This document shows, in pieces, positions 25,096 through 37,452 of a stretch of 64,000 bases of DNA; within the stretch, counting starts at the first letter, position 1; each line of letters begins with the position of its first letter. Below the pieces are notes generated by a model that was not told the origin of the DNA, made no database searches, and saw nothing but the letters and a program-made list of their open reading frames with translations. The DNA is taken from positions 26,908,001 to 26,972,000 of the forward strand of contig NW_026262745.1 of assembly GCF_021869535.1 (NCBI RefSeq), in the 5' to 3' direction. The DNA is from Mytilus californianus. Taxonomy: Eukaryota. A program made the translations under genes and the position numbers.

Positions 25096-28000
25096 TTAAC
25101 GATATTCTTTATCTCTGGTTAATACAGTGCAATATATATGTTTCTTTTAATGGACCTTTTAAGTTGATTAACTATATAACAAAGATTACACCAGTTTTGA
25201 ATTACTTTGAAGAAAATGAGTATATTTTCTAACACATCATGATAGCCTCTCTAAAATATTTTGTTCCTAATCATCGTTTTACAGCCTTATAAAATTGTAT
25301 AAAGAAGCATTAAATTCTTATCACTATATTTGTATGCCTCAAACTATGAAATAAAGACGTCTTTCAAGATTTTTGATTGTTTTTCTATGCATTCCTTTAA
25401 CATTGTCGAGGATAGCACGTCCACTCATAGCTGTTTTATTTCATACTGAAATAAAATATGACATTGGAGTGTATGCCGATTATTGTCAGCCAATCAAAAT
25501 TACGGATTTGAATGAAACATAAATGTAATGTAATTGTTCTTAGAAGGAGAGGAAAGGAGGATTCTTAAAATAAGCATTCTGAGGAAGAAAAAATAATTTG
25601 CCCAAAACAGGATGAAAAGAATATTTTTTGCAACAAACTGCAGGTTATAAATTTGTACGAAAATTTAAAAATGCGCGCAAACCTGTTGGTTTTCACTTTT
25701 AACGCGTTGATTGTAAAAACAACGCGTCAATTTGTTATTTTATCCGGTCTAAAACTATAACGTTAGTTTTCGCTTTTAACGGTAAAGTTTTTCATTTTAT
25801 AACGTAAGTTCTGCACTTGTTTCAACCAATCAAAATCTATCACACAACGGCATAGTTTGATGTTAAATGTTCCGAGTGGTATGACTAACATAGACGGAGA
25901 CATACAACGGTTTTTGCAGTACATTCAAGAGACTATCGACTATTGTGTTAGAAGAGGAGAATCAGATATTTTAGAAACAGAAGCTAATAACACAATTTCC
26001 CAAACGTACTATCCAGGTCATTTTTGTATTTCACTATGTTCAGCTTCATGATATATGATAGAGTCGAGAAATTAAGATGAAATATATTTTTCTTCTGCGG
26101 GACCCGTACTAACTGAGAACGGAAGTAGTTCAAACCAAACTGCCATGATGAACATTTTGAGTGATCACAGAGCCGTTTCCTGCGACTTGGAAAAGTTTGA
26201 GGGCTTAGAATCGTTTCAGGAAGCGATCACATAAATAGTCAGTCGGAAGTTGTAAGGGAATACGGAGAAAAGTGTATAACACTCGAAAATGGAAAGAACA
26301 CAGCAAATTTACCACGAAAACAAAAGTTCCGTCCACTGCCGCATAATTACGGAAATGGTTAAACAAAAGAAAGAAAACATTATTAGGCATTAAGCCTAAG
26401 TGTTTCAAATTTCATATTTTCATATTTTTTTCTTATTTGTGAGATAATTATATTTTTAGTTTATTCCGCATACCACAATACATCACAGCTAATGAACATT
26501 GCATCTGGTGGCATGTCGATGATCTCATTTCAATTTACGACAAACGTTATCACTATTTTTAACGCCGTTTTCATTTTACCATTGTTAACGTCACTATATC
26601 TTTTGTAATATTAACGTTGTGCTATTATTATGTAATACGTTATTATATAGAGCCGAGAGTACACAATCAAACAAAATAGACGTTGTTTACTGCTTGTCCA
26701 TACATCGGGTTTACCCATCTGTCATAATGAACTCAATATTTATGGAAACAAATGAGGTACCTTTTTATTCCATAGTAAACCTTTGTTGTTTGTCTCAGAT
26801 GAAAGATCTAGATAAGCGCGTCTACACAACTCAGGTCGTAATCAAATCACATACAAAATCGTCTAGATTTTGCACATATACATTATATAATTGTAATGAA
26901 TTCGAAGGTTAAAATAAGTGACGGTCAAATTTAATAAAATGTACTTATTATTTCATAATGAACGATTTCCTAAATTGTTAAGTATAAACAAAAGGAGACG
27001 TACATGTTCATTAAAAATGGGGATATAACGTATGCATGAAAACTTATATTAAATTATCATTATAGATTAACAAGTCTATGTAGAGATATGGAGAGAAGTA
27101 ATGGAGATTTGATCACAGATGAAGAAGCTAAAGAATTCCTGCATCTTATCTTTAGTATTAAAAGTAGATTTCGAAAAGCCAGCAAAATATTAAACGTATG
27201 AAAATCAAACATCCCTGATAGATTTATTAAGATTGAAATAAACAAAAAACGATGATCGTAGAAGTAAAATTTAATTCAATTGTTCTTTATTTTTTCATTT
27301 GTCTACAATATCTATTTTCTTCATAACGACTTTCGAGTTGAGATGCATGTTCTGATGTACGTTTTCTTTTAAAAGATTTATATACATGTATGGTACAGGG
27401 ACAAAAAATACCAACATTTTTAACAATGCACTTAAGTTTTGTGCATATAATTCTGCATAGACATTACATTTTATTCAATAAAAAAATAAACATATTCTTT
27501 CATTTTGAACTTCAAATAAGAACCAGTTTGGAAAATTTATCGCCATGCTGTTATTCATGGTTGTTATTAAAATATTGATAGCTTTACCGGATTAAAAAGG
27601 GATGAGTGTTTCAAAGTTTTTTGTTTTAATTCTGAAATATGATTAAATATACTAAGTATACTGGTATATGCTAAGCTTTAAGAAGCCGGGGAAGCTTGGT
27701 AAAGTAAAATATATTCATTTACTTTTTTTCGGAATTTAAAAAAAATCCTATGCAAAACTGCATAACCCGTTTTATGTCTACGACACCTTGTACAAGATCT
27801 GAAGATATAATTGATGTAATTTGAATAGTCTATTTCTGATAGCCACTTTTTGTAGGTAAAGAGAGTAATCAAACCGTCCGTGTTCCTGCTGATGAGAAAG
27901 GTCATTCCAAATATGAAATCACAAAAAGAGCAAGTAAAATACCTTTCACGGTTTGGATTCACAGCGACAATGATGTCAGATGTTTTTTCTAGTATCTCAA

Positions 28001-28859
28001 TCAACTGTTCGTCGGAGATTGAGGTATTCTAAACATATTAAGAAGTGTTGCTACAAATATTTTGCTATTAGCATTGTTAAATTGTTATCTTAGATTGTAT
28101 TTGCCCTTAAGGTCCTTGATTGGTTTATAAACATCTTGAATCTTCAGTAGCTACAGTTTTATGTCGAGTCCAGTAAAAAGTCGAAGCAAATTATGCACCC
28201 AACGAACGTTCATGCATTCAATATTAGATTTTTATAGTATTACTTATTTTTTTTATTAAATCGGTTCTTTGGTGGACAACGAACATTTTTTGTGGACAAC
28301 TTGGCCTTAGCTACCTAGTGGTACTTGAGCAAAAGATTGTAGGACATTTCCGATAACAAAAAATTGCTTACCTGCGATTTTACTTTGCCCATTTGAGCAA
28401 ATAACTGAAAAATGAAATTTTTCATTAAAAAAAAATATTATACATAAAAGTATATAGAGTAGAGAAATGTAAATAGTTTCACTTAAACTTAAGACTCATC
28501 GTGTTCAGACCATTTATTGTAGAGCTTTCCTGACTTTAGATTGACACCACATGTGTCCTCAAAACTCACTACAATGCGTTTTTTTTTAAGTCATCAGCCG
28601 TCTATATTTGTGTTTCATGAAGTTATATTTCAACAGCAAACTGTAAACTATATGAAAATGATATATATTCAGGAACAAGCGCCAGTATCTAGAACAGGGA
28701 CGGAAAAAGTAAAAAGCAATCTTTACAAGTGGCAAAAGTATTACATTTTATATCATTACTAGGCTACACATTTAGAGCCCGAACAAACCAGTAAATACTG
28801 ATTTTACATAGAAGTTTCAGTCTAGTGTTAGTTCAAGAGACAAACTAAAAATAGATCCT

Positions 28860-29035
28860 GCGTGAAATCCTACTTTCCATGGTAAGCAGCGGCAACTGAC
28901 TTCGTCCGGCTAACGGCAAAAGGTCGTTGTTTCTCTCTGGGCACTCCGGCTTGTTCCATCAATAAAAACTGACCGCTACAAAATAGAACAATAGGGCTGA
29001 AAGTGGCATTAAACACGAATTATTCAATCAATCAA
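28860..29035 (+). mobile_element. Partial tRNA-derived Meta-type SINE
   Basis: TTTCTCTCTGGGCACTCCGGCTTGTTCCATCAATAAAAACTGACCGC core plus a (TCAA)n tail; homologous to 60786-61046. Confidence 0.7.
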
Positions 29036-29159
29036 TGTTTCAATACTATGTACATATTGTTACTTGTCTACTTGCACTAACATGTCGTTTTTTGCCATTT
29101 CCAGTTTTATGTTAATAGGTTTTGTTTGTTTAATAATCTTCGTGTGGACACCTACATTG

Positions 29160-29395
29160 CAACACGACGGGTACCACACGTAGTGCAGGAACTGCTTACC
29201 CTTCTTGTGCACCTATGTTCACTCCCAGTTTTAGTGGGATTCGGGTTGTTCAATCTTTAGTTTCCTATGTGATGTTTTGATATTGTTGTTTGTCCTTTCG
29301 TTGTTTTATTTTTGTCCATGGAATTTTCTGTTTTAATTGGACCTATGATTTTTGAATGCCCCTTGGTATCTTCTGTCCCTCTGCTTATTTTGCAT
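29160..29395 (+). mobile_element. Short Naiad-type 3'-tail copy inside a transposase intron
   Basis: ACACGACGGGTACCAC...GGAACTGCTTACCCTT...CCTTGGTATCTTC. Confidence 0.65.
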
Positions 29396-30199
29396 CTTTA
29401 TTTCAGAGAATTTGGCATTAGTTTGAAAAAAAACCACCGCTATAACAGACGAAGAACTTCTGTGTAAAGGCTTGGTGTGTGAACACGATACAAAGTGAAT
29501 GAGAATGCGGGGACACAACAATGTCCTGTTCACAATAAATTGCTGGATACATAACTTTGTGCTTGAAACACATTATAGGTAGTTTGTTTTTATCCTTTGA
29601 CCTCGAATATGGTAAGAGAAGAGAATATTCCTTTATTTGTCACTGACAGCTATTTCTCAAACATTTTTTTGGCTAATGGATCAAACAAAAGGCTATCAAA
29701 TCATTATAGAAAGACGTCCTTTAGGACCCCACTTTTTTAAATCATTTATAAGCATAGGCATATGTGAAGGAGGTTTAAAAGAAAGTCTTGCCTAAAGTTG
29801 TCAATCTATTTTCGTTCCTATTATGTGCAGCACATACTATGTATCATTTTTTTCAGGTGGAATTTGAAGGTGCATGGTTGCATTAACGGATATAGCCGGA
29901 TGGTAAGGCAAGGGATAACAACGAATCTCTCACAGTTTTTTGACTACTTTATAAATGCTAGAAGGGAGTTTGGAATACCATCTAGAGTCAGATGTGATCT
30001 TGGAGTGGAAAACGTTGAAGTATGCGTCTATATAGAAGGTATCCGAGGAGAAAACCGCGAGAGTGCAACCAAGGGGAAAAGTTCACATAACCAACGGATT
30101 GATCGCCTTTTGGTCGATGTATTAGAAAATGTATCAAATGAGTTTTACTATTTGTTTTCATACATAGAAACACATAAATATTTTTGAAGTCACAAATAA

Positions 30200-31470
30200 A
30201 ACTCTTTTGGGAGCTTTCCACTATATCTTGTTTAAAGAAACGAGTACTTAACCAATCCAAATATCTCAATAAGATACAATTCTCTCTTTCTTGTAACAGT
30301 TTAATTATCCAGTGAATCATAATAAGATATCATTATTTTTTGTTTTTAATAAATATCTTATATATATAATCTTTGGCGTATTGGAGATAGTTATTCTAGT
30401 CAATCAGTATAAAGATCAACTTTGTTTTGAAATAAGACCATATTGGTAAAGTATTTTGTTTTTACTGCAATGATTTATTGATTTACTCATTGATGTAAAT
30501 AGGCAATTAATATCATGATGTCATTTCACCTTGTGTTCCGGTTAAGGTCAATATTACCAAGGCATTATCCTCATCAGGTACCCTAGCCTGTCAACAAGAT
30601 ATTAATTATAAAACGAACTGGGGCACGACACCCTGTGAATTATCTTTCTGTTTTTGTTATATTAAAGGGAAAATACTGTGATATAGCTTAACTTCTTTAT
30701 TCTATCTAAATTTAGAAGATGTTAAATATTCCTTTAACATTTTGTGTTTCTTTTAATTGATAATGGGCGGTGTTTGAAATAATTGTTTTGCTGCGCTATC
30801 CTTTAAAATTAAGTGCAAATGTTTTCTTAAAGTTTTTCCTAGTTGTTTTACTCTAGGATTATATTTTGTTATGAAACATAGTGGAGGTGAATTCCCTTTA
30901 GTCTTTGTTTTATATCGTACTGTACTTTCTCTTGTTCTTCTAGTTACTGTTGTTACATTAGGATTAATTTCATCTGCAACATAACCTCATTTCTGGAGTT
31001 TATCTCTTAACAATTTAATTTGTGATTCTATGTCCTCTACATTATTAGATGACCGAATAAACCTTTTAATTTCTCCAGTTATAAAGATTGTTTTTGTAAT
31101 AAATCGTTTTCCTGTGTACATAGTTACATGTCAAAATTGAATGTTTGTCCTTGAAGTTTCATTTGTGAATCTAATGAGTGGATGAACGCTGATGAATGCT
31201 GATGAACGCTGTTAGCAATTTTGAAAAAATCAAGCAGTTCATTTTTATTTCCGTCAAATAACATGAAGCGGTCATCCCGATATACAGACAAGTGTTTAAT
31301 TTTTAAAGCGTGTGCCAAATTTCCTAGTATTTCAGAGATGGTTTCAAAAATTCTCAAGTCTGTAAAGCTTGGCGACACAGGGTCCCATTGGAACACCCAC
31401 TATTTGTTTATATATCACGTTATTGAACTCAAATTCATTGTTCTCTAGAGCTATTTTTTGTAAGTCCAGA
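30200..31470 (-). mobile_element. Penelope-like element, inverted 5'-truncated copy (RT C-terminal half plus 3' region)
   Basis: Minus strand reads NEFEFNNVIYKQIVGVPMG...VYRDD...EYLTSSKFR* (TAG at 30702-30704). Homologous to 34940-37290. Confidence 0.85.
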
Positions 31471-31575
31471 AAATTTTCTCTTTGCGGGAGAGGGAAAGCA
31501 TATTTATAGGATTTAAATTTAGGTCACGATCGATACACAGTCTGAATGAATCTCAAGTTCTACTCACAATTATAA

Positions 31576-32430
31576 ATGGACAAGAGAAAGCTATCATTGG
31601 AGAAAATAGAAAATAAAGACTCTCCTGTGCCTGATGATAATGCTGAATCGGACTTCGAAATACATGTAGCAAACACGATTATGGAGATAAACCAGAAAAT
31701 TAAACAACATGACAATGAAGCACAACATACATTCAAGATTATTCCAATTGATTTTAAATATGGGAGTAGATGGAGAATTAAATAAAGGAGAGGAGGTGAT
31801 AAACGAATACTGCGGGAAGATAGAGAAGATGTTAGAATAAAAAAGGCACGATGTTGCAATCTTACTGTGAGATCTCAGAAAATATGGAGATGACAACAAA
31901 TCAACATATGCTAGAATTAGTCCTGCAACGTTTGATCCAAAGTTTGGATCAGAAGAGGCCTCTTATTTCTATAAGGAAAAGATGGCCGCCTTCGCAAAAA
32001 CAATGCGACAAACATTAAGTTCAACGATGACCGAAGCAACCAAAGAATTGTTTGACAACTTCACCGGGCACATGCAGAAAATATGAAACGAAGCCACTGA
32101 GAAGACTGATGTTAAGAAGCAAGGCGGACATACAACATTAAGGAAGTGCAATGAAAGAATCCAAGGATTACAAAAAAATGGACTGAGAAATATAGGAATA
32201 GTGTGATGGAAAACAAGAATACGGAAACCCAGGAAACTAAAAAGGGAAATAAAAGAGCATAAAGAAACTAGCTCAACCGGCAGGAGTACAAAGGAGACGA
32301 ATACCAATGGGGATATTAAACGTAAACTTGATGAACTAAATGATATGATCGGCGAGAAAAGAACCAGATATGAATGAAGGGAGTTTAGAGGTGGTCGTGG
32401 GGGACGCCGAGGACGTCGATATGACTACTA
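31576..32430 (+). pseudogene. Decayed ORF with an RGG-rich C-terminus upstream of the PLE RT (candidate ORF1)
   Basis: Long purine-rich open stretches joined by a few stops or frameshifts: MDKRKLSLEK..., RKYGDDNKSTYARISPATFDPKFGSEEASYFYKEKMAAFAKTM..., and ...REFRGGRGGRRGRRYDY*. No family recognised. Confidence 0.45.
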
Positions 32431-33952
32431 ATATGATATAGAACAATATGACTTCATTTACAATGGAATAATAGTGTATGGAATTTAAAAGAACTAGTAA
32501 ACTCTTGTGAATCTGTAGATACTTTCGACATATACAGGGGAATAATAGTGTATGGGATTTTAATGAACTAGTAAATTTTGTTTTTTAGAGAAATTATTTT
32601 AACTGTAAAATATGATGCATTTATTCTTAGTTATACTTATAAAGTTTCAAATACTGAAAACATGTCACTTATTGATAAATTTATTTTCATACCAACAATG
32701 TGTAACCTACAATGCTGTAACGCTACAATGTATTGAACTAAGGGTTAATTTATGTGTTGTGCTTTATGATATTGGAAAAAATATCTACCGCACCTACTGT
32801 AAATCTGGAAAATCTATAAGATCAAAGGTCTTCATGATCAGCAGTAGATTTGTTTAATATCATAATATAATCGATTCATAGTTTTTTACACTAATTATGT
32901 GTTTGTATCAAAAAGCTAATAGTATATTTCGGAATTCAATTTGACGCTGAACAATAATAACCAATTAAAATCCAGAATGTGTGCGCATAACGGTTTCATT
33001 CACATTCTGTTTCTTGAAATTATTTGTCTTTAGAATAGCTTTGAAGGCCAATAACGATGCATATGTAATCCTTCCAGTGGATATTCAATATTTTACAGAT
33101 TAGTACAAATTAATCTCTCCAATAGAGATTAATTATTCCAAAAATTAAATACATAATAAACTCTCCAACATGGATTAACTATAAGGGTTAATTATTGTAA
33201 CAACTACGTATACACTTGTCTATCCAACAGAGACCGTGATTAGAAAGATATAGAATCTTTCTTTGTAATAGTTGCCAGTTAAAAGTTCCAATTAAATTTA
33301 CTACAAGATGTAAACAAAAAAAAACTTGAGAACACATAGATAATGTCTTACAAGAATAGACACATTAAATCTTGTGATAAGAGAAGGAAAACAAGGAAAT
33401 AAAATGCAAACTTCGAACACATCTTAAAAACAGACGCGATTTAAATAGAAAAAAACACACATATGGAAAAGACTGAATTATCTAGACAATATATTGAAAT
33501 ATTTTGTAAAACAAAACCAAATGATTCTAAAATATCATTATAAGCTAAAGGGTTAAAATCAATACCTGCCCCTGCTGAGAAGAACATCAAACGTAATTTA
33601 TTACAAAGCTTTGATGAATTGGCACGTAAAATGAGACTTAAGTTTCTATTCTACGGCAAAGAAAATGTCATAAATAATCATCCCTTTACAATGAAATCAG
33701 GAGATACAGCGATAGAAAATTATACATTTGCAACAAAAAATTGAACTAGGAATTATACACGTAATGAATTCAAACATTACTTAACAAAATCAGAAAGAAT
33801 ATCATTACATTTACTAAAACAGAACAAAGATATAGTAATTAAGAAAGCCGACAAAAAATCATCAACAGTGATTCTTGACACGAAGAATTATGTTGAACAA
33901 GCGTTGGCTTAGCTTTACAATGGCATACATTACGGACAAATTGTATTATTCC

Positions 33953-34480
33953 ACTGTTTAAACATATTGATAGTTTAATCAATATTTGATTGGTTGAGAC
34001 TATCCCACGTGTCATTGAACAAATCTTCATATTCCATTCTGAGGATCATATTCCCCTCTGAAATGTCGGGATTACTTCGTGCGACGTTACGCGCGGTTAA
34101 TGTTCATAACGTTTTGACTTCTTATTCTTCTTAAAATAGCGATAGAAAAACTCATTAACATGTTCAAATTTATTTCAGACCATAAAACAAAAAAACTTAT
34201 AATTAAATTTTGATCCTTACTGCTGTTTATCAATGGGTATGTCGTGTTTAGTTTGACTTACAAAAACAAGCGGATAAGAAAAAAATGTATGCAAAATAAT
34301 ATTTAATGTATTGATAGTAAACAAAGCATAGGCAGTGGAATAAAACATTCATTTCCCTTTGCCTCGGGAGATATGAAGATATGTTCACCCTCGAAAAATC
34401 ATATTTCCCTCGGGCAGAGTATAATATCACACTCTACGGAGATTTACCGTCTTAAAGAAGATAAATTAAAGGTATAAAAT
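33953..34480. mobile_element. Non-coding insertion splitting the PLE RT (hairpin-type non-autonomous element)
   Basis: RT homology stops near 33950 and resumes near 34490-34640. The insert carries repeated TTTCCC...CTCGGG motifs at 34350-34415. Confidence 0.5.
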
Positions 34481-34983
34481 GCACAATCACACATAGATGA
34501 CATATCGCTGTTATATCTTTTAAATAAAAATATCGAAAAACTTCAAATTGCAAAAACTATATCAACTACAAAATTGACATCGACATTAGAAATGAAATAA
34601 GGAGAATTCAAGAGTTACTTCAAACGGTACACCTACCTGGTAGACCAATTATTTCACTTTGCAATAGGCCAATGCGTAGACTATTTTCTTTGACCTATTG
34701 TACGCCAATTGTGCACATATACACAAGTTACGACGAATATTATTAACAAAATTCAACAAATAAAAGCCCATTATAACGTTATATTAGCTACATTTGACAT
34801 AAGTAGTATGTACACAAATCTAAATAACGGAGAAATCATTCAGGCTGTGTATCGAGCAGGGCCTATATTAAATCATGTAAATATGCATTCCCTCTCCCAA
34901 TGACAGATGATTTTCTTGAATTCCTAAAAATAACACTGTAGAATAATTAATTTGAGTTCAATAACGTGATATATAAACAAATA

Positions 34984-36026
34984 GTGTTATATATCTCAAC
35001 TTGTACGATTCGCTCGTGTATGTAACAATGTTTTAGATTTTAACGAGAGAAATTTATGTATTACTGAAAAATTATTACACCAGGGTTTTCGATATCACAA
35101 ACTAGTCAAAACATTTACTAAATTTTATCATCGGTATAAGGACATCATTCGTAAATATAGCTCAACATGCAGATTTCTTATACGTTAAGGTATTTCACAT
35201 CCAATTTTTTATGGAAATATTCTTTATAAAGCACAAAAATGTCAGTATTCACCTCTGAAGCTAACAAAACCTTTAAATAGACTTATTAAGAAGGGATATA
35301 GTTACAATACTGTTGTCAGGTCATTAAAGATTGCATATTTTGGCGTTAATATTGATTCACTTATAGGGTCTTTGCATCGGCACTAAACACAATTATTTAA
35401 AAACAAGTTGTTGGCATGACACGGGTTATGTTCTTCTCATATATGTTATGATGGTATGATACTAAACCCCTAACGGGAAGGATTGTGCCTGATATTCATA
35501 TGATGAAGACATAATCTTTCAATCAGTTTAATTGAAGTCTGGAGCTGGCATGTCAGTTAACTGCTAGTAGTCTGTTGTTATTTATGTATTATTGTCATTT
35601 TGTTTATTTTCTTTGGTTACATCTTCTGACATCAGACTCGGACTTCTCTTTAACTAAATTTTAATGTGCGTATTGTTATGCGTTTACTTTTCTACATTGG
35701 CTAGAGGTATAGGGGGAGGGTTGAGATCTCATAAACATGTTTAACCCCGCCGCATTTTTGCGCCTGTCCCAAGTCAGGAGCCTCTAGCCTTTGTTAGTCT
35801 TGTATTATTTTTAATTTTAGTTTCTTGTGTACAATTTGGAATTTAGTATGGCGTTCATTATCACTGAACTAGTATATATATTTGTTTAGGGGCCAGCTGA
35901 AGGACGCCTCCGGGTGCGGGAATTTCTCGCTGCATTGAAGACCTGTTGGTGACCTTCTGCTGTTGTCTGTTCTATGGTCGGGTTGTTGTCTCTTTGACAC
36001 ATTCCCCATTTCCATTCTCAATTTTA
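34984..36026 (+). mobile_element. Naiad family 1 copy inserted inside the PLE RT
   Basis: Reads YISQLVRFARVCNNVLDFNERNLCITEKLLHQGFRYHKL...GSLHRH* (stop 35384-35386, one internal TAA) plus the 3' tail. It splits host KQIV|(GV)PIG; the inverted copy shows the uninterrupted host site. Confidence 0.9.
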
Positions 36027-37452
36027 TCCAATAGGAGCCCCTATATCGCCAAGCTTAACAGACTTCAGAATTTTTGAAATCATCTCTAAAATACTGAGAA
36101 ATTTCGCACACGCGCTTAAAATCATACACTTGTCAGCATATCGGGATGACGGCTACATGTTGTTAAACGGAAATGACAATGAACTACTTGATTTTTTCAA
36201 AATTGCTGACAACGTTCATTAACCACACTAATTAAATTCACATATGAATCTTCAAGGACAAGCATCCAATTTTTAGATCTAACTGTGTACAAAGGAAAAA
36301 TGTTTTATTACAAATAAAATCTTAGGTGTCAAGTTATATCGCAAACCAACAGATAACTATCAGTACTTGCATAGATTATCAGCCCATTCATCTTCTATAT
36401 ATGTTCAAAAGACTTACAACAGGAGAAATTAGAGGGTTTATTCGGTCATCTAACAATACAGAGGACATGGAATCACAAATTAAATTGTTCAGCGATAATC
36501 TCCAGAAACGAGGTTATGTTGCGGATGAAATCAATCCCATTATTACAACAGCAATGAGAAGAACAAGAGAAAGAACATTATGATATCAAGCAAAGAATGA
36601 AGGGAAATCACCCCCTTATGTTTCATAACAAAATATAATTCTAGAGTGAAAAAACTGGGAAAAACTTAACGAAAACACTGGCTCTTAATTTTAAATGATA
36701 GCACAGCAAACCAATTATTCAAAACACCGCCTATTACCGCATACCAGAAACACAAAAATTTAAAGAAATATTTAACATCTTCTAAATTAAGATAGAATAA
36801 AGAAGATAAAGCCATATCACAATATTTTTACTTTAATATAATAAAAAACAGAAAGACAATTCACCGGGTTTGGTGCTCCAGTTCGTTTTATTATTAGTAT
36901 TTCGCTGTAAGGTTAGGATACCTGATGAGGATGATTCCTTGGTTATATACAAAGGTGAAATGACAACATGATATTCATTGCCTACTTACGCCAATGAGTG
37001 AATTAATGAATCATTGGTGTAATAACAAAATACTTATGAACCAATATAGTCTTATTTCAAAACAGAATTGATATTCATACTGATTGACGAGAATAACTAT
37101 CTCCAATACATGGGAAGATGAAATATATAAAATATTTATTAAAAGGAAAAGATAATGATATCTCATCATATTATGATTCACTGGAGAAATATACTGTTTC
37201 ATGAAAGAAAGCATTATATCTTAGAGATTGTATTGAGATATTTGGATTGGTTACGAACTCGTTTTTTAAGCAGTGAAAACCAAAGCTTTATACGGTATGT
37301 TTTTACAGCCAATGACACGAATGGCCACTCATACGGAAAATACAAACTGTCCGACTAACAAAACGGATAAAAGAGGCCCTTTCTATCTCAGGATAGCACA
37401 AAAATGATTTTACAACAATATTAAACTCTTCAATATGTCAAATAGCAAGTAA

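Larger units (their letters stand above)
25860..30190 (+). pseudogene. Decayed intron-containing DDE transposase (rve integrase-core, IS3EU-like)
   Basis: Exon 29857-30187 reads RWNLKVHGCINGYSR...FGIPSRVRCDLGVEN...GKSSHNQRIDRL (integrase core). Exon 27856-28023 reads KYEITKEQVKYLSRFGFT...VSQSTVRRRL (HTH, frameshifted). Exon 29407-29578 reads REFGISL...ITDEEL and joins in phase. Segments 25870-26250 and 27065-27195 are weaker candidate N-terminal exons. Confidence 0.7.
33463..37290 (+). mobile_element. Decayed Penelope-like retroelement RT, interrupted by two insertions, with no C-terminal GIY-YIG
   Basis: PLE motifs in order: KGLK.IP.P, RKMRLK, IVIKKADK, PGRPIIS, ATFDISSMYTN, FEFNNVIYKQ, YRDD (36139-36150), KPTDNYQYLH, KRGY, PPI.AYQKHKNL. 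Stop TAG at 36793-36795. Confidence 0.85.

Noticed and set aside
37155-37358. LRYLDWLxTRF shared with ORF 29988-30320, suggesting a conserved small ORF
   Set aside because: Explained by nucleotide homology between the two PLE 3' regions; flanking frames are not conserved.
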